The translations under genes were made by a program, and so were the position numbers. From Bacteriovoracaceae bacterium (GTDB taxonomy: Bacteria > Bdellovibrionota > Bacteriovoracia > Bacteriovoracales > Bacteriovoracaceae): 64,000 nt of DNA. This document shows positions 9,580 to 17,152 of the stretch, piece by piece; position 1 is the first letter of the stretch; the number at the start of each line of letters is the position of its first letter. Where the stretch lies: NCBI GenBank assembly GCA_965217035.1, contig OZ244226.1, positions 1,222,146-1,286,145 on the forward strand, given 5' to 3'. Under the pieces are notes generated by a model. The model had not been told where the DNA came from, searched no databases, and saw only the letters and a list, made by a program, of their open reading frames with translations.

Positions 9580-10626
9580 ATGGAAAAATTTAATCGCTCA
9601 GTCATCGATGTTATCGGAAATACTCCTATCATAAAATTAAACCGAGTCGCAACAGGTGTCGAATCAGATATCTATGTAAAACTGGAATACATGAATCCAG
9701 GTGGTTCTATTAAAGATCGAATTGGGAAACATATCTGCCAACAAGCGATGGATAAAGGCCTTCTCAAAAAAGGTGGTACGATTGTTGAAGCAACCAGTGG
9801 AAATACTGGAGTCGGAATTTGTCTCTTCGCTTCCGTCAATGAATGCCAAGCTGTTTTTGTAATGGCAGATAAGCAATCAAAAGAAAAAATTGATGCCCTT
9901 AAAGCGATGGGCGCCCAAGTTGTTCTTTGCCCGACTAATGTAGAGCCAGAAGATCCAAGATCTTATTATAGTGTTGCAAAAGTTTTATCAGAGTCAATTC
10001 CAAACTCTTTTTATGCTAACCAATACCATAATGCTGACAATCCTGATTCTCACTTCACAAGTACAGGTCCTGAAATTTTTGAACAAACAGAAGGAAATTT
10101 CGATACGCTTGTTGCCGGAGTCGGAACAGGAGGAACACTTTGCGGGACTTCAAAATACCTAAAATCTAAAATGCCTAATTTGAAATCTGTCGGAGTTGAT
10201 ATTGAAGGATCTATTCTTGCTCATTATCACAAGACAGGAGAAATGATTGAGGCTAAGTCTTATGTGCTTGAAGGATTAGGAGAAGATTTTCTTCCTTCAA
10301 ATATAGATTTCAAAATTATTGATGAATTTGTCGTTGTTCAAGATGAAGAGTGCTTCACCATGACTCGAGAACTTCTAGAAAAAGAAGGTCTTTATTGTGG
10401 TGGAAGTTGTGGAGCCGCTGTTGTCGGTGCCTTGAGATATGCAAAGTCTCTCGATAAACCGGAAAAAATTCTTGTGATTCTCCCTGACTCGGGATCACGA
10501 TATCTCAGTAAGATCTATAATAATCAATGGATGGAAGAACATAATTACCCAACTCCGAAAGTTGATGAAAACTTTGTTGCTTCTGTTAAAAAATTACTGC
10601 CTCCTGAAGGCGTCAGGTTAATGTAA
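9580..10626 (+). CDS. cbs: Cystathionine beta-synthase / cysteine synthase family PLP enzyme
   Basis: KLEYMNPGGSIKDR (PLP Lys), EATSGNTG, GVGTGGT, PDSGSRYLSK; pairing with a gamma-lyase favours CBS. Confidence 0.88.
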   Translation: MEKFNRSVIDVIGNTPIIKLNRVATGVESDIYVKLEYMNPGGSIKDRIGKHICQQAMDKGLLKKGGTIVEATSGNTGVGICLFASVNECQAVFVMADKQSKEKIDALKAMGAQVVLCPTNVEPEDPRSYYSVAKVLSESIPNSFYANQYHNADNPDSHFTSTGPEIFEQTEGNFDTLVAGVGTGGTLCGTSKYLKSKMPNLKSVGVDIEGSILAHYHKTGEMIEAKSYVLEGLGEDFLPSNIDFKIIDEFVVVQDEECFTMTRELLEKEGLYCGGSCGAAVVGALRYAKSLDKPEKILVILPDSGSRYLSKIYNNQWMEEHNYPTPKVDENFVASVKKLLPPEGVRLM

Positions 10627-11780
10627 TGGCAAAATCTAAAGATTTAAAATTTGAAACGAAAACGATTCATGTAGGGGGAGATCCAGATCCGATAACAGGA
10701 TCTATCATGCCTCCAATTCACCAAACTTCAACTTATGTTCAAAAGTCTCCTGGACAGCATTATGGCTATGAATATACGCGAAGCCATAATCCAACAAGAG
10801 ATAGACTTGAGGAATGTTTAGCCTCACTCGAAAATGCGAAATTCTGTTTAGCGACGGCCAGTGGAATGTCTTCAGTTACCCTGATTCTTCACACAGCTCC
10901 GAAGAATGCTAAAATCCTTTGCGGAGATGATGTCTATGGTGGAACCAACAGACTCATGAGAACTGTTTTTGGAGAACAGATCGATTTCGATTTTATTGAT
11001 ACAACGGATTTGAAACTTGTTGAAAGAAAACTAAAAGAGCAAAAACCTTATATTCTTTGGCTTGAAACTCCAACCAATCCTCTTTTGAAAATTTCTGATA
11101 TCAAAAAGATTGCAACACTTTGTAAAAAGCAAAAAACTCTTCTTATTGTCGATAATACTTTTATGAGTCCTTATTTCCAAAAACCTTTGGATCTAGGTGC
11201 TGATTTAGTTATCCACTCTGTTACAAAATATATTAATGGGCATAGTGATGTTGTTGGTGGAGCTATGATGACCAACAATAAGAAACTTCATGAGAAGCTC
11301 TGGTATCTTCAAAACTCGATTGGTCCATCTCAATCTCCTTTTGATAGCTGGCTGGTCCTTAGAGGGCTAAAGACTCTTGCGATCAGAATGCAAAGACATG
11401 AAGAGAATGCAATTAAAGTTGTGAAATATCTTGAAAAACATAAAAAAGTCGAAAAAGTTATTTATCCAGGAATGAAATCTCACCCTCATCACGCTTTAGC
11501 TAAAAAGCAAATGAGTGGTTTCGGTGGAATGATTACTTTTTATATTAAAGGTGGCCTTAAAGAAGCTCGATCTTTCCTAAAGAAAGTTAAAATTTTTAAA
11601 CTAGCAGAATCTTTAGGAGGCGTTGAAAGTCTCTCGAATCATCCGGCCATCATGACTCATGCTTCTGTTCCATTAGAAATGAGAAAGAAATTGGGAATTT
11701 CTGATACAATGATTCGTTTAAGTGTCGGAATTGAAGCAATTGAAGATTTAATTGCAGACTTAGAAAATGCTCTAAAATGA
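10626..11780 (+). CDS. Cystathionine gamma-lyase/gamma-synthase (Cys/Met metabolism PLP enzyme)
   Basis: YEYTRSHNPTR, ETPTNP, VDNTF, HSVTKYINGHSDV, AESLGGVESL motifs. Confidence 0.92.
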   Translation: MAKSKDLKFETKTIHVGGDPDPITGSIMPPIHQTSTYVQKSPGQHYGYEYTRSHNPTRDRLEECLASLENAKFCLATASGMSSVTLILHTAPKNAKILCGDDVYGGTNRLMRTVFGEQIDFDFIDTTDLKLVERKLKEQKPYILWLETPTNPLLKISDIKKIATLCKKQKTLLIVDNTFMSPYFQKPLDLGADLVIHSVTKYINGHSDVVGGAMMTNNKKLHEKLWYLQNSIGPSQSPFDSWLVLRGLKTLAIRMQRHEENAIKVVKYLEKHKKVEKVIYPGMKSHPHHALAKKQMSGFGGMITFYIKGGLKEARSFLKKVKIFKLAESLGGVESLSNHPAIMTHASVPLEMRKKLGISDTMIRLSVGIEAIEDLIADLENALK

Positions 11781-12488
11781 GTCTAGTTCCTCTCTAGCCT
11801 CTTTGATTCCTTTCTTGATATTCTCTCCCGTTTCCTCGAGAGTTTTACCGACCTCTTCTAGGCCATTGGAGACGTTATTCTTTATTTTGTCAGTAATTTC
11901 TTCTGTCTTTTTAACGATTGCTTCTTTCACCACTTCAACTTTCTTTTCAATTGTTTCTTTTTTGGGAAGGACATCTAAAAGATCTGCTGTTTCGAAAAGA
12001 GAAGGATTTGAAGTCCCATTCATAATAAAGATTGATCCATCTTCTAAATGCTTTTTCAAAAGTTTATAGCCGCAATAAACTTTTCCATGTTCTGTTTCGA
12101 GACTATTTCTCTCTCCTTTTGCATTAATTAAACCTTCTTTTTGAATGAGCTCTAGAAACTCTTTCGTTTTTCTACAAAAAGTTTTCTTGGAGTTATCAAA
12201 ACAATCTCCTTGCTTAATATACACCTTCTCACTGAAGTACTGATGAACTTTTAGGTGAATTGGCTCTCTACAAATATCAAAGGTCCATTCGCTCTTTAAA
12301 ACATCTTTATATTTAAGATTAATGACACAACGTTTTTTTGAAATATTGAATTGGTATTTCATTAAACCAAAGGCAGCACCTTTTCTCGAAACACTTGTTT
12401 CAAAATCATTATTAATACATTCCGAAGACTGGAACATTGAATACGCATAACTCGATAAAAAGATATTAATCAACAGCAAGAATCGCAT
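11772..12488 (-). CDS. Secreted hypothetical protein
   Basis: Signal peptide, six Cys, C-terminal amphipathic helix; 238-aa ORF. Confidence 0.6.
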   Translation of the reverse strand: MRFLLLINIFLSSYAYSMFQSSECINNDFETSVSRKGAAFGLMKYQFNISKKRCVINLKYKDVLKSEWTFDICREPIHLKVHQYFSEKVYIKQGDCFDNSKKTFCRKTKEFLELIQKEGLINAKGERNSLETEHGKVYCGYKLLKKHLEDGSIFIMNGTSNPSLFETADLLDVLPKKETIEKKVEVVKEAIVKKTEEITDKIKNNVSNGLEEVGKTLEETGENIKKGIKEAREELDSF

Positions 12489-13602
12489 TGGAAGAAACCT
12501 CCATATAAGTCAGAAAACTATCATTTTCAAAAAAATCATCATTAAACTTCATTTTTAATTCAATCATTAATTCATCAAGTAAATCATTTTTGCCATTCTC
12601 AATATGAGAAAGACAAAACCTCACAAGTGAATCTTGATCACGGACATGATCAAAGTTCTTCAAAACACCAGGAGAAACAAGAAGCACCTTTTCACCTCTC
12701 TCAAGACTCATTTGAATTTGAGCCTTATCAAGAAATTCTTTTTCCAATGGGATCAACTTAGGAAAATGAATATTCTTCTTATTATTACTTAAAAAATAAT
12801 AATCTCCCCAAAGATATCCTCTGCTATTGAGAGACCCTTGTTCTATTTCTAAAAGAAATGTCTTCAGGTTTGAAGCATCAAAATGATTTTTTTCAACTAA
12901 ATCAAGAACCTTTCCTGTGAAGTCATCGAAAGATGAATCTGTATTAAGAAAATTTTCTAATTCTCGAATAAAATCAGCTGATGCAGCATATGTCGATGTT
13001 GAAAAAGAAACCCAATATGTTTTTCCATCTTTTTCAAATATCTCATTAATTTCAGATCCTGAATTCAAACCGACTTTATAAATTGATGAAAATTTAAGAT
13101 TTCCAATGTGTTTCTCTAATTTTTTTCTAACTTTTTTGTATCGATCTCTTGAGTAATAAACTTCTTTCTCCAGAAGAGAAACGATACTTCTCAATTCCTT
13201 TGAAAGATCTTCTATCTTTCCAGTAAAAAAACTTTCTTTGAGCTTTTGGTTTTTCAAAAAACGATATAATCCGAATACTTGTTGAAAAGAGTTCTTGTCT
13301 TCTCCGTTCCAAGTTCCAAGATATCGATTATCTGCCTTTAGGGTAAACTCACTAAAATCTACTTGATTTCCCCAAGAAAGAAAGAGGTCGATTCTCGAAT
13401 CATTCCTGAGCAAAGTAATTAGGTTTTCACTAAGTTGCCCAAAAACCACTATAACTGGCTCAGTCCTCGAAATTGTCTTCGTTCTAATCTCTGCAAGAGA
13501 ATCAGATGATATGAGCTTTTTCTCTATTAATTTCAGTGAGTTAGAGATATTCTCGGCTTCTTTTTTATCTATATCAATCAGGTAAAGCATATTTTTTTCC
13601 AA
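12466..13602 (-). CDS. Hypothetical protein with degenerate SpoIIE/PP2C-like C-terminal domain
   Basis: LERGEKVLLVSPGV...FENDSFLTYMEV resembles the SpoIIE end (L.PGD.LLL.SDG...DD.T); central coiled coil. Confidence 0.55.
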   Translation of the reverse strand: MEKNMLYLIDIDKKEAENISNSLKLIEKKLISSDSLAEIRTKTISRTEPVIVVFGQLSENLITLLRNDSRIDLFLSWGNQVDFSEFTLKADNRYLGTWNGEDKNSFQQVFGLYRFLKNQKLKESFFTGKIEDLSKELRSIVSLLEKEVYYSRDRYKKVRKKLEKHIGNLKFSSIYKVGLNSGSEINEIFEKDGKTYWVSFSTSTYAASADFIRELENFLNTDSSFDDFTGKVLDLVEKNHFDASNLKTFLLEIEQGSLNSRGYLWGDYYFLSNNKKNIHFPKLIPLEKEFLDKAQIQMSLERGEKVLLVSPGVLKNFDHVRDQDSLVRFCLSHIENGKNDLLDELMIELKMKFNDDFFENDSFLTYMEVSSNAILAVD

Positions 13603-13690
13603 CTTAATATTATCTTTTATTTTTTTGCTCTACAACCGATGAGAGATATTGATGGGTCTATTCTCAATAATTTTTTAATTTAAGGATGGG

Positions 13691-14425
13691 ATGAGCGATA
13701 AAGTAAAAAAATTGCATATCATAAAAAGAGAAGATGATAGTCTCATTCTCAACCAAGTTGGAAAAAGACTTGAATCGGTCCCTATGGAAACTTTGACGAT
13801 CTATGAGATGGCAGCAAGAAGTATTCTAAAAGCTCTTGATATGAAAGATAATTATACTTATGGCCACAGCTTAAGAGTGGCTCAATATTGCTTGGTCCTC
13901 GGTCATCACCTAGGAATGTCTAAAGAGGAATGCTATGAATTAGAGCTCTCTGCCCTTTTTCACGATATTGGAAAGATAGGGATTCCAGATAACCTTTTAA
14001 GAAAACCAGACCGACTCAGTGAAGATGAATTTGAAGTCATGAAAAGGCATCCTGAAATGAGTTATGAAATTCTCAAAGATTTTAAAGGGTTTGAACAAAT
14101 TGCAATCAATACCCGTCATCATCATGAACGCTATGATGGCAATGGTTACCCAGAAAAATTAAAAGCAGAAGAGATTCCGGCATTTTCTCGAATGATTCTC
14201 ATCGCAGACACATATGATGCAATCACTTCTTCAAGAGTTTATAGAAAAGGACTTGGTCACCAAGTTGCTTTTGATGAACTTTATGAATTTTCAGGTTCTC
14301 AGTTTGATCCATTTCTTGTTAAACAGTTCATTAAGGCAATGGATCAACACACTGAAAACAATGAGGATAAAACTTATATCACTCTTATTAACGATCTTGA
14401 GAAACTTAAAAAAGACGCTGCCTAA
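13691..14425 (+). CDS. HD-GYP domain cyclic dinucleotide phosphodiesterase
   Basis: YTYGHSLRV, HDIGKIGIPD, HHHERYDGNGYP, IADTYDA..S.R.Y, GSQFDP all intact. Confidence 0.93.
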   Translation: MSDKVKKLHIIKREDDSLILNQVGKRLESVPMETLTIYEMAARSILKALDMKDNYTYGHSLRVAQYCLVLGHHLGMSKEECYELELSALFHDIGKIGIPDNLLRKPDRLSEDEFEVMKRHPEMSYEILKDFKGFEQIAINTRHHHERYDGNGYPEKLKAEEIPAFSRMILIADTYDAITSSRVYRKGLGHQVAFDELYEFSGSQFDPFLVKQFIKAMDQHTENNEDKTYITLINDLEKLKKDAA

Positions 14426-15447
14426 TAACAGAAATCTGTTTTCGTATTTGCATTAATCTTTTTAATTTGTTGTTCCTGACATTCTATTCGGTTTGAGTAG
14501 TTTTTGAATACTTGACACCGTTTAGGATTAAGAGTTGTTAGCTTCTTACACTTGGTATAATTAAGTTTACTTATACAGGCCCAGTGTTTTCCAGCACAAT
14601 TATAAACAAGACCGGACCCACTCGCTAGATAATTAACATTAAGATCAGCAAGATTCGTAATCTCTTCATCATCACCTTGTTCTGCGAGATCTTTTTCAAC
14701 CCGTTCGAGTTCTGCTTTAGTTATTTCTTCATTCGTTGGCCCTGTCGATACAGAAGGTTCAGGCTTCGTCTTGCTAGTTGTTTCCAATATATTATCTTCT
14801 TCTTGTTGAAAATTAGGCTCAATTAAAGTCGTCGTTGGAGCAAACCTTTCTTCTTTTACAGTTTTAGTTGGTTTGTCTGTTTCCGACTCCTCGAAATCTT
14901 CCACTGAAAAATCATCATCTTTATTATTTATTACTAATTCATCTGAAAGATCGGCATCAATAATTGGTCTAGATTCAGGTATACTTTCAAGCTCTTCAGT
15001 TGAAATATTCTCTATTTCTCCCTCAGGCCCTAGCGCCAAAGTCGTTGTTGTTACCGGAACTGTTTTTTTCTCAAAAGGTTTCTTTTTCTTAGATTTAAAC
15101 CTTTTCTTTAGTACAGGAACCGAAGGAATATCTTCTTGAAGAGTATCATCGATAACAATTGCAATTAAAATTGCGATTAAGCAAATCAGAATAAATCTAA
15201 CAAAAGTTTTCTTTTTGCTACTTCCCTCTTCAAATTTTTCAATTTCTGTATTTGAAGATTTCCCTCGGTCAAGAAATCCATCTAAACGATCTTTAAGAGA
15301 TAGCTTGTCCTCTGTATTATTCTCAGTAATTTCTGTTTTATCTTCAGGAAGCCGCTCTGGTTCAATATCCGAGTAGTTACTAAAATCCAAATATTCATCC
15401 GGATTATCTTCTTTCTTTTTGAACAAATCTTTTAGTTTATTAAACAT
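14422..15447 (-). CDS. Single-pass membrane protein with acidic linker and C-terminal Cys-rich domain
   Basis: One TM (FILICLIAILIAIVI), D/E/T-rich low complexity, six Cys in the last ~60 aa. Confidence 0.65.
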   Translation of the reverse strand: MFNKLKDLFKKKEDNPDEYLDFSNYSDIEPERLPEDKTEITENNTEDKLSLKDRLDGFLDRGKSSNTEIEKFEEGSSKKKTFVRFILICLIAILIAIVIDDTLQEDIPSVPVLKKRFKSKKKKPFEKKTVPVTTTTLALGPEGEIENISTEELESIPESRPIIDADLSDELVINNKDDDFSVEDFEESETDKPTKTVKEERFAPTTTLIEPNFQQEEDNILETTSKTKPEPSVSTGPTNEEITKAELERVEKDLAEQGDDEEITNLADLNVNYLASGSGLVYNCAGKHWACISKLNYTKCKKLTTLNPKRCQVFKNYSNRIECQEQQIKKINANTKTDFCY

Positions 15448-15455
15448 TAAGAATA

Positions 15456-16361
15456 TTATAGCGAAACAAAATCAAAGTTATAAGTGATATAAAAAGGAAG
15501 ATTCTCAGTAGGTCCTAAACAACCTTTTTGTCGATTGGGAGGGGATTTTGAAAGTTCAAACCGAATAAAAGGCTCAGTAGAGAAGTACATCTCATAGATT
15601 TTATAGAGTAAATACCCCATCGTTTTTCTAAGGTTTACATCACAAGCGAAGTGAATTTTTACATCGCTATCTTCTTGATAAAGAAAACAATCTATATTGT
15701 ATTTTGAGAAACCATTCTCAAAAAGCACTTGATCAAGTTTTAACAATCTTTTTTCAAATTTTTCAATCTCCGGATATTTCACATCGTTTCTCAAAAACCA
15801 TGCCTTAAAATCCATTACTTCATTCTGGCAAAAATAAGATCCTGTATAATTGTATTGATCTCCGATAAAATTTTGATAAAATTTGAAGCTTTTATCTTTA
15901 AAAAAACTAAAGTCTTTTATTCTGTTGAGCTTTCTTTCAACTAAAATAGGATATTGATACTCAAAAGAAGTATTAAACTCTCTGATCCCTCTGCCCGAAA
16001 AACCAAACGGAGATTTCAATAAATAACCACCTTGTCTCAAGTCATTTTTTGAATTCGCAACATAGATCTCATGGTCCCAAAGGTTTAATTCATTTAACAT
16101 CCTGAAAATTTCTATTTTATCGAATATTGGTTTCTGATCTTCGAAATACCAATAATTTACCTTTCCTTTTTCATGAGATAACAATTCTGGCTTAAGAGAG
16201 AATTCTTTTTCTAAATATTTTAAATATGGTTCGGAATAGTTATAAAAGCTCGCAAGAGGTTTGCTGGGCTCAAGAAAAAAAAAGAGATATTCAAATTGCC
16301 CTCTAAACTTATCTAAAACTAGTTTGCCAGGAATCTCTAGGGGTTCGAAGTAATATTGCAT
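15456..16361 (-). CDS. Putative ATP-grasp ligase
   Basis: LLKSPFGFSGRG, ILVERKL....DFS, IDCFLY, DVNLRKTMG match ATP-grasp motifs. Confidence 0.6.
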   Translation of the reverse strand: MQYYFEPLEIPGKLVLDKFRGQFEYLFFFLEPSKPLASFYNYSEPYLKYLEKEFSLKPELLSHEKGKVNYWYFEDQKPIFDKIEIFRMLNELNLWDHEIYVANSKNDLRQGGYLLKSPFGFSGRGIREFNTSFEYQYPILVERKLNRIKDFSFFKDKSFKFYQNFIGDQYNYTGSYFCQNEVMDFKAWFLRNDVKYPEIEKFEKRLLKLDQVLFENGFSKYNIDCFLYQEDSDVKIHFACDVNLRKTMGYLLYKIYEMYFSTEPFIRFELSKSPPNRQKGCLGPTENLPFYITYNFDFVSL

Positions 16362-17152
16362 TTTCTATTTGTAATTCGAAATTTATCATCAAATGAATGA
16401 AGTTTTTCTTGAAACTCATTATTCAGACCAATTCTCTGGCGACGGCCTAAATTAAACTCTATTCCTTTCGCCCTCGCTGGAGTTATAGGATGAATTAAAT
16501 TTTCAAGATAATAATTCCAGAGGTCTTTATCTCCTCTCCATTTTCCAAGAAAATATTCTCCAAAGCGAACATGAGAAATTTCGTCTTCATAAACCTCCAT
16601 CATGATACGACTTGTTTTCTCATCTTCGATTTCATTAAACTTTTTTGCATAAAAGTAAGCAAAATCGAGATTTGCAGATTCAAAGGTTAGAGAAATCAGA
16701 GAAATATACTGTGCAGGAGTTTTTATTTGATCAACGTATTTCCAAAAGAAATCATTCAATGGGAAGTCACCAAATTCATAACCTAATTCATTGATCCTAT
16801 TAATATAAAGTTGAAGATGTTTCTGCTCATCTTTCATCGATCCAATAATTCCTTGAATAAATCCAGGATGATCAAATTCTTTATTAAATCGAGCGATCGC
16901 AACCGCCATGATTTCAATAGCAAGAAGTTCGTGATTTGCAAAACAATGAAGAGCATAAGCCTTGCTTTCGTTTGAAGTTAAATTCTTTGGAAATTTTTTT
17001 TTCTTATTACTAAATTGAAGTTTTGAAATTCTCGCAGGAGTTGATCTTTCTTCAAAAAAAAACTTATCGACGTCGACGCCGTTTAGGCTTACCATCTTGC
17101 TTGGGAGGTCTCCTCCCTCTAGAATTTCTCGAACGGCTTCGCTTAGTCTCAC
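16337..17152 (-). CDS. DUF455 ferritin-like (di-iron) protein
   Basis: LHCFANHELLAIE, DEQKH, TFESANLD, EDEISHV ligand motifs; probable GTG start at 17152 (MRLSEAVREILE). Confidence 0.8.
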   Translation of the reverse strand: MRLSEAVREILEGGDLPSKMVSLNGVDVDKFFFEERSTPARISKLQFSNKKKKFPKNLTSNESKAYALHCFANHELLAIEIMAVAIARFNKEFDHPGFIQGIIGSMKDEQKHLQLYINRINELGYEFGDFPLNDFFWKYVDQIKTPAQYISLISLTFESANLDFAYFYAKKFNEIEDEKTSRIMMEVYEDEISHVRFGEYFLGKWRGDKDLWNYYLENLIHPITPARAKGIEFNLGRRQRIGLNNEFQEKLHSFDDKFRITNRKCNITSNP

